In this document: in pieces, positions 13,290-27,131 of the stretch
Layout: every line of letters starts with the position of its first letter
Numbering within the stretch: position 1 is the first letter of the stretch
DNA from: Octopus vulgaris
Taxonomy: Eukaryota
Direction of reading: 5' to 3'
NCBI GenBank assembly: GCA_951406725.2
Contig: OX597835.1
Location: forward strand, 42,470,001-42,534,000
DNA length: 64,000 nucleotides
Position numbers and translations under genes: made by a program
The notes under the pieces: model-generated
The model's input: only the letters and a program-made list of their open reading frames with translations
Databases searched by the model: none
What the model was told of the DNA's origin: nothing

Positions 13290-13630
13290 TTTTTACTTGT
13301 TTCAGTCATTAGACTGCGGCCATGATGGGGCACTACCTTCAAGAATTTTACTTGAAGGAATCGACCCCAGTACTTATATTTTTTTAAAAAAAGCCTGGTA
13401 CTTATTCTATCAATCTCTTTTTCCAAACCACTAAGTCATGAGGATGCTAAGACACCAACACTAGTTGCCAAGAGGTGATGGGGGTCAAACACAGACGCAA
13501 AGACACACACAGATGTGTGTGTATATTTATACATGCATGCACATGCACACACACACACACACACACGCACATACAAATGCTCTTTCAGTTTGCATCAAAC
13601 AAATCCATTACAAGGCTTTGGTTGGCTCAA
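13290..13630 (-). mobile_element. tRNA-derived SINE family B (CORE-like, resembles the octopus OR2 type), partial
   Basis: Shares ttttacttgtttcagtcatt.gactgcggccatg terminus with full copies at 32862 and 62656. Confidence 0.75.
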
Positions 13631-13687
13631 GGCTATATATATGAAATTTCTTTAAGAGTGTTTTCTTCTGACTTATAGACAACTGAC

Positions 13688-13718
<31 letters not shown>

Positions 13719-13820
13719 TATATATACATACATACATATATATATATGTATAAACATATATATATATGTATATAAATATATATATATATATATGTGTATA
13801 TATATATATATCATCATCAT

Positions 13821-13892
<72 letters not shown>

Positions 13893-13910
13893 GTATATAT
13901 ATATATATGT

Positions 13911-13944
<34 letters not shown>

Positions 13945-13959
13945 GTATATGTATATATG

Positions 13960-14011
<52 letters not shown>

Positions 14012-15268
14012 ACTTATAAATAAAGGCAAATGAAAAAATTTCTAATGCCAAATATGCCGAAAAGTTGGACATATTGTCCAATACCATATGATTTTTCACA
14101 ATACGCACGCTACTCAGAAAAAAAAAAAAAAAATGACAGAAACTTCTAAAAAATTGATAAAATTTTTTTTTGAAAAAATTTTATCCTACATTAAATATAT
14201 ATATATATATTACTTAAACACACACACACGTGTGTATGTGTGTATACATTGTCAGTATGTTTGAACATATGTCAATATATCTACGTTTTTATGTGGTTGA
14301 AATATCTTCATGAAATTGAATGGAAGTTATGGATTAATGTACAGATGCATCCATTCTGTATTAAATAGTTTTATATTTTAGAGTTTTATTGAGAAATTTG
14401 TGGAAAGATAGTTTTAGTAAAGTACAAAGCATACACTTCCAATATGGCAGATGATTCTGCAGTGAATAATGGAGGGAAAGAAGATAAGGGAAAGGATTTT
14501 GCTATATTCTGATGCCATCATGGAAAACACGAAAATACTTCACTAATAAATCATACACATATGTACATGTATACATGCATACATATATACATATACACAC
14601 ATGCATACATATATACATACCATACATACATACACACACACATACATACATATATATATATACATACACACAAACATACATACATACCAAAAATATGCAT
14701 ACATACATACATACCATACATACATACACACATATGCATACATACATGCATACATACATACATACCATACATACATACATACATACATACATACATACAC
14801 ACACACATACATACATACATGCACACACACACACATATATTGTAAAAAGGCACATCATTTGCAAGATATGTGTGTGTGTGTGCCTGTGTGTGTATATATA
14901 TATATATACACACACATATACATACACCATAATCATCATCATTATCATCGTTTAACGTCCGTTTTCCATGCTGGCATGGGTTGGACAGTTTGACTGAGGT
15001 CCGGAAAACCAGGCTCCAATCTGATCTGGCAATGTTTCTACAGCTGAATGGCTTTTACATATGTGTGTGTGTGTGTGTGTATAATATATATAAGAATATG
15101 TATGTATACACACACACACACACACACATATATAGAGAGATATATGTACATATTCATACAAGGAAAATAGTTGTTAACAGATGATGATGATGATGATGAT
15201 GATATATGCATATGCACATATAGATACCCATATGTACGTACACATACACACACAAACAAATGCATATA

Positions 15269-15496
15269 CAGAGGTGGTGTGCAAAAGTAGGTATACAGTA
15301 AGTATCGCATCAATGCCATATAATAACTCATTAAAATGATTAGCCTCATTTTTGATATTTTCATTAATCATAATATATTTATCATAACTATAACAATATT
15401 TTTATGGCAACTTTCAAGTTTTTTGATAAAAATAAATGAATATTGTACATTTTCATTTTTTTTTTCCTAGCTGTATACCTACTTCTGCCGACCCTG
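15269..15496. mobile_element. Tc1/mariner-type MITE
   Basis: TA|cag..gt...gcaaaagtaggtatacag ... ctgtatacctacttctgccgaccctg|TA inverted termini. Confidence 0.7.
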
Positions 15497-15502
15497 TATT
15501 TA

Positions 15503-16072
15503 CAGACATGCAGGAAGTAAATAGACACCTTTAATTAAAAAAAATCTTTGATATTAATTGGTTGAAGGAGAGGTTTTCTTCTAGCTGTTCGTCCATAATA
15601 CCCAAGCTTATGCAGATATGTAACAAACGTTCTTGGACTAACTTCTAGCTGTCTTGCAATGTCCGAAGCCTTCGAACGGGGTTCGTTTTCCACAGTTCTC
15701 TTCAAACGGCGAAACTTCTTTTCCAAGGGCTCAGGTCGGCCAGGACGAGAATCTGTTGATTCTTTTCCTTAGCTTTTGAATTGCACTATAATTCTATTAA
15801 CAGTAGCAAGAGGAATTTGGAAATTTTCGGCAATTTTTCGCTGGCTAAGACCAGCCTCAGATTGCCCAACAATACGACCTCTTTGAAAATCTGACAGTTG
15901 TGCTGAACTTTTTGTGCGTGGCATGTTTACTCTTCGCAAATGTTTAATATAATGGCACCTGGAATATAAAAGAATAATTACATTGTAAATTCTACACCGC
16001 TGAAAACATATTAAGACGCTTAGATCAGAAATTTTGAAAATTAAAGGTGTCTATTTATTTCTTGCATGTCTG
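15503..16072 (-). mobile_element. Tc1-like transposon with catalytic domain deleted; paired-like DNA-binding domain retained (pseudo-ORF 15924-15535)
   Basis: 34-bp TIRs cagacatgcaggaagtaaatagacacctttaatt / aattaaaggtgtctatttatttcttgcatgtctg. Peptide [46 protein letters not shown]...RPGRP...ARRKPLL, with one internal stop. Confidence 0.9.
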
Positions 16073-16174
16073 TGTGCACAGCTAATATTTTCTTATAGAA
16101 TCACACACACTCTGCTACATTCTTCACTTCGCAGCAAACATGACAATTCAACCATATTGTTAAGAAAATGGTAG

Positions 16175-16650
16175 GCTCCACATGGCTGTTTGACCTGCTA
16201 GAAAATGCAGTCATATCTCCCTCATCACCCATACATTTTAGAAAAATAGGAAGGACATATTGAAATAATCAGTCCTAGATTTAGAAACAAAATTAAAAAT
16301 GTGAATCTTTTACGTGGTTATTCCACTTGCTAGAAAAAGCAGTCAGACCTCCCTCATGTCAAACTATACCATCTTTGAAAAAGAAGGACATTTTGAATTA
16401 ATCAATTGTTGATATCAAAATAAAATGGAAAAAGGGGAATCCTCTATATGGTTATTCCACTTGCTAGAAAAAGCAGCCAGATCTACCTCATTTTGAACAT
16501 TTCTGTTCTTAACAATCGAAGAATGACACATTGAGCAGTTTTTGTCCAAGATATATTGAGTCTGAATAAAAGGCAGGATGGTCACAGCTGGAACAGTTTT
16601 GTTAGGGCTAACCTGCTGGTTAGGGCCAACTCGGGGCTAAACAACATCAA
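16175..16650 (+). repeat. Interspersed family E with three tandem head modules
   Basis: tgctagaaaa.gcag.ca.a.ctccctca is repeated at about 16196, 16328 and 16462, ending ggggctaaacaac. Related pieces at about 29350-29545, 42955-43120, 55850-56000 and 60570-60785. Confidence 0.6.
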
Positions 16651-16904
16651 CAACAACAGCAGCAGCTGCAACATCAACAACAACAACAACAAATCATAAC
16701 AGCTGCTGCAAAAGGAATTTGACTGTCATTATTCATGATTTTTTGAAGTAAAAATATTCTAAGAAATTTTTTAATTAATAAAAATAATAATAACAAAATT
16801 ATTGATTCCAGCTTATATAAGAGTGTGTGTGTGTGTGCACGTGCATCTGTCTTGTTCCCTCCCTATATTTGTATATACATACATATATTTATATACATAT
16901 ATAT

Positions 16905-17035
16905 GTTGGCGTTAGGAAGGGCATCCAGCCGTAGAAACACTGCCAGATTTGACTGGGCCTGATGAAGTCTTCTGGCTTCACAGACCCCAGTAGAACCGTC
17001 CAACCCATGCTAGCATGGAAAACGGACGCTAAACG
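16905..17035 (+). mobile_element. Family C copy (5'-truncated)
   Basis: gttggcgttaggaagggcatccagccgtagaaac...ggacgctaaac(gat)n. Confidence 0.8.
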
Positions 17036-17118
17036 ATGATGATGATGATGATGATATATATGTATGTATGTACATGCATATATTTATATATAGGTGCATA
17101 TACAAATATATATATATA

Positions 17119-17515
17119 TTCTTTTACTTGTTTCAGTCTTTTGACTGCGGCCATGCTGGGGCACTGCTTTTTAGTTGGAGAAATTGACCCTGGGGCTTAT
17201 TCTTTGTAAGCCTGGTACTTATTCTATTGTGCCCTTTTGCCAAACTACTAAGTTTATAGGGACGTAAACACACCAACATTGGTTGTCAAGCAATGGTTGG
17301 CGGACAAACACAGACACACATAAATATATACATACACACATATATGTATGTGTGTATATATATATGAGTGTGTGTGTGTGTATGGATATACATATCTATG
17401 TATACATATATATATATATATATATATGATGGGCTTCTTTCAGTTTCCATCTACCAAATCCATTCACAGTCTTTGGTTGGCCCAAGGAAATAGTAGAGAC
17501 ACTTACCCAAGGTGT
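17119..17515 (-). mobile_element. SINE family B copy
   Basis: Both halves present, separated by an internal (CA/TA)n microsatellite. Confidence 0.75.
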
Positions 17516-17516
17516 C

Positions 17517-17556
<40 letters not shown>

Positions 17557-17749
17557 TGATGTCATAAGATTTTAGAAACTTCAGTAGAGCATGAAATAAT
17601 TTGCTATCAATTGTGAAACTCAAAATAAATAAAGCTATAAAGCATGTAGAATATTTCTCCATCCAAAGGGCTTTTAACCTAATATTTATTTACATGCTAT
17701 TTCTTTTATAGCCTTATCTACTTCAAGTTCCACAGTTTTATCATTTATC

Positions 17750-17940
17750 TCGTACTTGTTTCAGTTATTAGACTGGGGCCATGCCCTGGGCACTGCCTTG
17801 ATGAATTTTTAGTCGAATGAATCAACCCCAGGACTTACTTGTTTGAAGTCTGTTTTGTTGAACGGCTAAGTTACGAGGACATAAACACACCAACAATGGT
17901 TGTGAAGCAGCGGGGGGAACAAACAAAGACACAAAGACAT

Positions 17941-17994
<54 letters not shown>

Positions 17995-18402
17995 GTGTGT
18001 GTATATATATATATATATATCTTTTACTTGCTTCAGTCATTTGACTGCAGCCATGCTGGAGCACCACCACCTTCAGTCGAATAAACAGACCCTAGGACTT
18101 ATTCTTTGTAGGCCTAGTACTTATTCTATTGGTTTCTTTTAGCCGAACCGCTAAGTGACAGGGATGTAAACACACCAACATTGGTTGTCAAGCGACGATG
18201 GGGAGACAAACACAAACACAAACAACACACACACATATACGATGGGCTTCTTTCAGTTTCCATTTACCAAATCCACTCACAAGGCTTTGGTTGGCCTGAG
18301 GCTATAGTAGAATGTACTTCCTCAAGGTGCCATGCAGTGGGACTGAACCTGGAACCATGTGGTTGGGAAGCAAGCTTCTCATCACACAGCCACGCCTGCA
18401 CC
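17750..18402 (-). mobile_element. Partial plus full-length SINE family B copies
   Basis: 3' part at 17750-17945; full copy at 18020-18402 ending acacagccacgcctgcacct (tRNA-like head on the minus strand). Confidence 0.8.
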
Positions 18403-18989
18403 TATAAAAAGAAATTATACATACACACACATGTGCGCATGCACACACACACACACACATACACACACATGTATATATATCGTTGCTGTCATGTATCGTA
18501 TGTTTTTACAGGATGTTGATGACACAACAGTAAAAGTCTTCCCGGTCAGGCGTGAGTTCATTCTGACTCACTCTCTCTCTCTCGCTTAGTGCTTCCTTGG
18601 CAGAGATATTGGGCTGGTTCAGCATTGCTTTCTCCAGCTGGACAGCTGTTGACCCATAAGGAGCTCATCTGAACTTTGGCAAGTCTTCTTTCCAACTGGG
18701 CAACCAGATATGCTCCTCACAAAAGTTACAATCTACTGAAGTTGGTCAGCCAGTTTAGTTGCTGACCAGTTCACTACAGAACAGATAGTACTGGTTTATA
18801 GGGTACAAGAAGCCGGTTTCCCCAGGCTGTGATGAGAGCCCTGATCTAACTTGGATTCATATGCATATATATATATATATGTATCAAAATTGTGGGAGTG
18901 GAACAGGAAAATCCAGGCTACATCTGTTTCGTAGCTAGCAGATCCTCTGATGTAATAATTACACAATGAGTGGTACAGATATACATATA

Positions 18990-19204
18990 CGAGGGGGCAC
19001 TGAAATTGTTTTGGCTTTGGGTAAATAAAAATACAGGAGAATCAGTTAAATATGATTTTATTCAACATATTCCCCCCCCCTCAGATTCACTTATTGCAGA
19101 AGTCCTTCAGTTTTTCTAAGCCCTATATAAGAACTCAGAAGGTTGGGCCTCCAATCAGGCCTTTCGCGATACCCTCAAAGCCTGGAACCTTTTAGCATGC
19201 CTCA
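18990..19204 (-). mobile_element. mariner-derived MITE
   Basis: TA|cgagggggcactgaaa ... ttttagcatgcctca|TA; reverse complement of 35686-35903. Confidence 0.75.
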
Positions 19205-19476
19205 TACACACACACACAGTGTATGCGTGTGCTGCATGTGTGAGACTCTGTGTATGTAAGTGCAAGACTTGCTAAGAGAATAAGGTGACACATACTGTCT
19301 TTATTCAAAGCACCAGAAGTTGGTGTTTTCTGTTTATTCAGTCACTGGAAAGATTTATGTTATAGCCCCAGACACTTTTTAATTTACATGAACATTTGTT
19401 GAGCACTACTGTTGAAAAATACCTTGCTACAATGAATTATGATGTACCATATGGAATACATATGCTTCTTCTTACC

Positions 19477-19587
<111 letters not shown>

Positions 19588-19623
19588 ATTCACAAAAAAC
19601 AAAAGATGAAGACAGGTGGTGTA

Positions 19624-19662
<39 letters not shown>

Positions 19663-19772
19663 ATGTGTGTGTATGTATGTATATATCCATATCTATGTAT
19701 ATATATGTATATATATGTACACACATATACACACATATATATACACACACACATATATATATACATACATAC

Positions 19773-19851
<79 letters not shown>

Positions 19852-20211
19852 CACATACGTGTGTGTATATATATGTGTGTGTCTAGTTACATACCAACTC
19901 ACAAACATACACACACACACATGTTTAAACATATGTTGACATCTTTCCTAATGTTATCGAACAGGATCTGACCAACATAGGCATACAGCATGATGGCAGA
20001 ATATATGTAGAAATATGGTAGAACACCTCTGTGTGTGTGAGGGCATATATGTGTGTGTGTGTATATATATATATATATACATACATACACGTATGATAAT
20101 AGATATACACATATACATATACACGCACACACACACACATATATACCGCCATCATTATCAGCCTTAAACATCAATATTCCATGTTGGCATGGATTGGGTG
20201 TGTGTATGTGT

Positions 20212-20324
<113 letters not shown>

Positions 20325-20499
20325 TATATATATGAATATGGAGAGAAGGATGGGGTGGAGATGAGAGATCGTTAGCCTTTCCATATTCCAGAATAAATGT
20401 TAGTGGTCGTGCGTTGAGTCAATTAGAGAGATGGGTGTTAATGGTCATATTAATGAATGTGGTGAAGGCGGGAGGGGGGAAGTTGTGGTGTCCATGTCG

Positions 20500-21542
20500 G
20501 CGTTGGTAGTGGTGGTGTGAGTGGTGGTGGTGGTGGTGTTGATGGTGGTGGTGGTGGTGCTGATGGTGGTGATGCTGGTGGTGGTGGTGGTGGTGGCTGT
20601 GTGCTTGGGACAATAGTTAGGTGTTGTAGAGTTCTGGTGGTGATGGTGAAGATGATGATAATGATGATGATGATGATGGTGATGAAGAGGATTGTGATAA
20701 TGATGATGATGACAACAACAAAGACAACGATGATGATGATGATGATTATGGAGATAATGATGATGAGGATGACGATGATGATGACAATGTTGATGATGAT
20801 GATGATGATAACAATGATGATGATGGTGGTGATGGTATTGGTGATAATGATGATGATGATGACAATAACAACAAAGGCAACGATGATGATGGTGGTGGTG
20901 GTGGTGGTGTGTGGTGGTGGTGGTGGTGGTGGGGATGATGATGATGACGATAGCAATATGGTGATGTTGATAGTGAGACAGGATGGTGCTGACGGGGGAC
21001 TGTTGGCAGCGAAATGGTATGGTCTTTTTCTTTCTCATCATTTTTAGTATAGCAATGCAGTAGGATGGTGGCAGTGGTGTATTAGTGTGGTAGTGACAGT
21101 TATAGTGGTGGTAGTGGTGACAATGGTTGTTATGGTGATGGTGGTGGTGGTGAGGGTGGTGGTGATGATAGAAAGTGTGATGGTGGCTTAGTAGTATGAA
21201 GGTGATGGTGGTGATGGTGATGATTTTTTGATGGTAGTGGTAGTGGTGGTGGTGGTGGTGGTGGTGGTGGTGGTGGTCATGGTGGTGGTGGTGAAGGGCA
21301 AGGACACAGTCACTAGTTGTTCCAGCAACTGCGCGTTGTTGTCGTAAACAAGTGGAGGGTAGGAGAAGGAGGAGGAGGAGGAGGAGGAGTGGGAGAAGGA
21401 GGCGGGGAGGCTGTCTGACGTCAATAACCGTAACAACAATGGTGGGAGTAACATATTGGTTGAAGAACAGGCCACTGTAGGATGACGATACCAGCAACAA
21501 GAGGGAGGAATTAAGATGACGATGGTGGTGATGGTGATGATT

Positions 21543-21584
<42 letters not shown>

Positions 21585-21807
21585 GTCATGATAATGATGA
21601 TGATAGTGATGACTGTTGTTGATGGTGATGATGATGATGGCACAGCTGCTTGAGTTTATGAAAAATGACAATGATGATGATGATGGTGATGATGATGATG
21701 GTGACGGTGGTAGAGTTTTAAGATGGTGATGATAATAATGGTGATGGTGATGATAATAATGGTGATGGTGATGTGGTCGCTTTTGCTGATGGTGATGATG
21801 ATGGTGG

Positions 21808-21852
<45 letters not shown>

Positions 21853-21897
21853 AGCTGTGTGAGTTTATGACAACAACGATGTTGATGACAGTGATAG

Positions 21898-21938
<41 letters not shown>

Positions 21939-22080
21939 TTGATGATGATGATGATGATGATGATGGTGATGATGTTGATGATGTTGATGATGGTGATGAT
22001 GTTGATGATAAAGATGATTTAGATAATGATGATGGTGATGGTACAGTTGCTGGCATTGATGATGGTGATGGTGGTGGCAA
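20500..22080. repeat. Complex trinucleotide field (GAT/GGT/GGA)n, about 1.6 kb, with unique islands
   Basis: Directly visible; produces His-, Met-, Asp- and Ser-rich ORFs in several frames. Confidence 0.9.
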
Positions 22081-22136
22081 TGTAATTATTAAATTGTTAT
22101 TCATAGAGTAGTGTTGTATATACTAAAGATTGTGTT

Positions 22137-22195
<59 letters not shown>

Positions 22196-22467
22196 TATAA
22201 AACATATATCTATGTATTATGTTTTTACATATGTATGTTTGTATCTATCTCTCTGTTTATCTATATCTATATCACTATGTATGTATGTATGTTTTTATGT
22301 ATGTATGTATGTGTGCAGGTGTGGTCATAAGATTAAAAAAAACAATAAAAGATCCCTCCATGGGAATTGAAGCCCAAATCTCTCAGTTGCTGGGCCACTG
22401 TGTTACTCAAGACACTAAGAAGTCTTTAAATGAGTCTTTACTGCAAGTAGGAGATCAATCAATAGAA

Positions 22468-22506
<39 letters not shown>

Positions 22507-22825
22507 CATACATACATACATAGATCTAAACAGAAAGACAGACAAATTGATTGATAGTGAGATAGATACTTAGATAAATAGAAACAAGGAAAAAAAAAAA
22601 GCTAGCTAGATAGCTATGTAGATACATATAAGAAAAGATGACCACTACGTGGAGATCCATATGCTAGAAGTAGATCCGCTATGGTCTTACCACTAAGAAA
22701 GGAATATTCTCAAGAAAATTTTAGCAAATTCCAGAACGTAAGCTAGACCACTGGTTTTAAATTGATATTAATCAAATTAATATTATTTTAAATAGCTGTG
22801 TAGATAGATATTCAGACAGAGGGAC

Positions 22826-22913
<88 letters not shown>

Positions 22914-22994
22914 GGATAGATAGACAGACGGATGGATGGACGGACGGATGGATGGATAGATAGACAGATAAATAGATAGATAGATAGACAGAGA

Positions 22995-23039
<45 letters not shown>

Positions 23040-23078
23040 GGGCGGACAGATAGATAGACAGACAGACAGACAGATAGA
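22826..23078. repeat. (GATA)n/(GACA)n/(GATG)n microsatellite
   Basis: Directly visible tetranucleotide array. Confidence 0.95.
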
Positions 23079-23689
23079 TTTCAATGAGAAAGAAAAGACC
23101 CACAGAATTCTCTTGTTAGGGATTAATACTGAAGTGATCTCATTATGTGATGTTAATTAATGTTAATTAATGCTAATTAATGTCAATGGTTTAAAGACCC
23201 TTTAATCCAGCCCTAATAATGTTTATAATAGGATTAGGATAAAAGTTGAAAACACTTTAAGCTTCATTGAAATCATTGAGTCTTATTGGTTTTTCTTGTG
23301 TGCCATATGTTAGGGACAAGAGTGCAAACAGGGAAGAATTATACTTGAGACTACTCGATGTATATGTGTATATATGTATGTATATGTGTGCATATGTGTG
23401 TGTGTGTGCATCCGTGCGTGCGTGTGTCTATGTGTATACACACACACATACACATATATACATGCAGTTCAACGCATAGAAAATGAGCATTAAATGATTG
23501 ATGATGATGATGATGATTATGTATGTATGTATGTATGTATGTATGTGTATATATATATGCATATGTATATATACATACATATATATATAAAGTTAATCCA
23601 AACAAGAAAGCACAAAAAAACACAACAACGCGAGGATGTGGAACAAATATAGTATTATTGGACGCTCAGGAAAGAAGGGAAGAAGGAGG

Positions 23690-23724
23690 GTTTAATGTTT
23701 CAAGCGGAGCTCTTCGTCGGAAAC
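23690..23724 (-). ncRNA. Minimal Penelope-type hammerhead ribozyme-like motif (degenerate)
   Basis: Minus strand GUUU-CCGACGA-A-GAGC-UCC-GCUU-GAAA-C-AUU-AAAC: stem I GUUU/AAAC, core C(U>C)GACGA, stem II GAGC/GCUU, GAAA, NUH. It lies in a 190-bp insert bounded by (TA)n. Confidence 0.5.
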
Positions 23725-24097
23725 ATAGGAGAAGGAAAGATCCAGAGAAGGGAAGACAGAGGAAAAAAAAATCGCCAACGGTACATATATATATATATAT
23801 ATGTATGTATATATATATATATGTATAGATATATATGTGTAGATATGTGTATATATATATATATATATGTTAGTGTGTACATATACACACACACCTGTAC
23901 GAATACAAGTATATATATAGGGCTATGTGAGTGTGTATGTGTGGGTGTTATTGTTTGTGTTTGTGTGTATGTATGTGCATGTGTGTGTGATGGTTTGTAA
24001 GTGCGTGTTAAAGTACGGCATTTGTTGGCATGTACCATATGTTCACGTGAATACAGGGAAAAGTCTGTGTTTACACCATTTTCAATGTATCTGTGTT

Positions 24098-24139
<42 letters not shown>

Positions 24140-24303
24140 CATACATACAGACACACACACACATGCACACTCATGTGTGTGTGTTTGTGTGTGTTAGTAT
24201 GTATACTACTACCACTACTATTACTACTGCTGCTGCTATTTGATAAAGAAAGAAGCCAGTGAAGATACTATTTAATGTTCCATGATCAGAGTAGGGAACA
24301 TAC

Positions 24304-24348
<45 letters not shown>

Positions 24349-24581
24349 CAGTAGTAGAAGCAGTAGCAGCAGCAGTGGAAATGCACACGAAATAAAAGAT
24401 CACAACAGAAACACATCCATGCACATGAACATACTCAGCAACATATAAACCAACACATACACATCAACACACACAGACACACATATATATATTTACATAT
24501 CTTTTTATATGTATATTGAAATTAATTAGCATTAATTGACATTAATTAAACCTTATATATATATATACACACACACACACA

Positions 24582-24626
<45 letters not shown>

Positions 24627-25309
24627 GGCTTCATTTCAGTTTCTGTCTTTCCATGCTAGCATGGGTTGGACGGTTCAACTGGGGTCTGGGGAGCCCGAAA
24701 GCTGCACCAGTCCAGTCAGATCTGGCAGTGTTTCTACAGCTGGATGCCCTTCCTAACGCCATACCCTTCCTAACGCACATATATATGTATAAGTAAATAA
24801 ATGGAGATGAATGAAACATATGTTGAAAGTAAAAGAATTTTAATAACATCTTCGTTCAACTCCATTTATTTACTTATACTACACAAATTATTGCACATTA
24901 ACCCAGAGTTTCTACCTTTGAATAGGTCGCTTCATCCGTGTTACTTGCGTGAATTTTGCTGCCCTGGTAACCGTTTATTGAATTTTCCATGTTAACATGA
25001 CTCAAGGAAGATCTTTATTCTATCTTTATCTTGCTCCAACTTAGTGGTTAGGAGTGTTGGCCTCATGATTATAACAATGTGGTTTCAATTCCTGGATCGG
25101 GTTCTGCATTGTGTTCTTAAACAAGACACTTCATTTCATCTTGCTCCAATCCACTCAACTGCCAAAAAGAGTAATCCTGCGACACTAGTCCATTGCAGGA
25201 TATATATTCCCATCCTGGGGCAAATATACACACCACAGAAACCAGGAAACGATCCCTATCAGTTGAAATGACCTGGGAATGAGCTTTATCTTTTTTCTTC
25301 TTCTTCTGA

Positions 25310-25445
25310 TTAAACTGACCAAATACTGGTCAGTTTAACATAGCTAGCATTCATAACATATCTAGCATTCATAGCTAGCATTCATAACATAGCTATGAAT
25401 GTTATGCTAGCATTCATAGCTAGCATTCATAACATATTCATAATA
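25310..25445. repeat. 12-bp perfect hairpin followed by a scrambled tandem/inverted atagctagcattcataac repeat
   Basis: ttaaactgacca-aatac-tggtcagtttaa, then 5-6 partial units with an internal inversion (tatgaatgttatg). Confidence 0.75.
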
Positions 25446-25743
25446 CATATCATAAAATACAGTTGAGGGACAAGACCGGTGTTAGTCATGGGTGGATTTT
25501 AGAGTTAGACTAGTGTTAGAATGGTCTGATGTTAGTCTTAGAGTGATGTTTAGACACAGATTGGTGTTAGACCAAGTCTATATTGGTAAACGTTGAGCAC
25601 AACTCAAGAAAAGCTAATGGAAATAGGGTAATATAATTTAGATAGGGGCCATATATATATATATATAATATTTCTGTTGATGAAGGTTGTGAAATAAATA
25701 ACACATTCCATTTATTCATTCATACATGCACACACACACATAC

Positions 25744-25786
<43 letters not shown>

Positions 25787-25824
25787 TATTACATCACACA
25801 CACACACACACATATATATATATA

Positions 25825-25913
<89 letters not shown>

Positions 25914-26045
25914 CATACATATATATATATACATATATATATAATACATACATATATATATATACATATATATATATACATACATACATATATATATACA
26001 TACATATATACATACATACATATATATATATATATATGTATGCAT

Positions 26046-26125
<80 letters not shown>

Positions 26126-26669
26126 TATATACATGTGTGTGTGTATGTGTATGCGTGATGGTATTGCTGATTTGCCAGCAGTGTTTATTTTTCATGCTAA
26201 AGATTATTATGGACTATACCCAAAGATTTTAGTCACCGTTTCATGAATAAATTAACTAGATAAAATAATTAAATTTATGAGATGCAGGAGATACTCATAA
26301 AGGTCTGTTGTGTACATTATACAATCTGACCGTGGTCAGTAAGACACCAAAACATCTTTTTTCTACTAAACTGAGTTATATCTATAAACTTATATGCATA
26401 CATGTGTGTGTGTATGAGATAGATAGATAGATTGAGAGAGAGAGAGAGAGAGAGAAAGAGTGAGATAGATAGATAGACATAAAGACAGATATACAAACAC
26501 AATTAAACATGTATATAGTCAGATAGACACATTAAGAGGCAGGTATCTAGCTAGCTCTCTACCCACCAGCCCACATATTCAAACACTCACCTACCTACCT
26601 AGGTAGATAGACAGACAGGTAGACAGACAGGTAAGTAGACAAACAAATAGACAAACATAGACAAAGAGT

Positions 26670-26670
26670 C

Positions 26671-26733
<63 letters not shown>

Positions 26734-26833
26734 GAGAGTAGAGGTAGATAGATAGATAGATAGAAGATAGATAGATAGAAGATAGATAGATAGATAGAAG
26801 AGAGATAGATAGATAGATAGATAGATAGGTAGG

Positions 26834-26907
<74 letters not shown>
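26670..26907. repeat. (GATA)n microsatellite
   Basis: Directly visible. Confidence 0.95.
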
Positions 26908-26908
<1 letters not shown>

Positions 26909-27131
26909 GGAGAGTGTGTGTGTGTGTTCAAGATATATGTTCTGGATTAGCTCAGGCACATCATCAGGGATGTTGACCTGGTGTCAAGAGCTTTGAGTCT
27001 TTCCATACCAGACATCTTTGTCTAGGTGATCCAGATGACCAAGTCAAGGTTTTATAAAACCCTGACTTGCATCCCAGCTGCAACCAACCATGATATCGGT
27101 CCTTTTAATTGCCATCATCATCATCATCACC

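Noticed and set aside
14443-14512. Protein-looking MADDSAVNNGGKEDKGKDFAIF*
   Set aside because: It has 22 codons, ends in a stop with no donor site and shows no recognisable homology.
18512-18551. 40-nt exon candidate (DVDDTTVKVFPVR) with AG/GTGAGT
   Set aside because: The pyrimidine tract is short, and the segment appears to be part of a minus-strand RTE-like repeat end (gagtcagaatgaactc).
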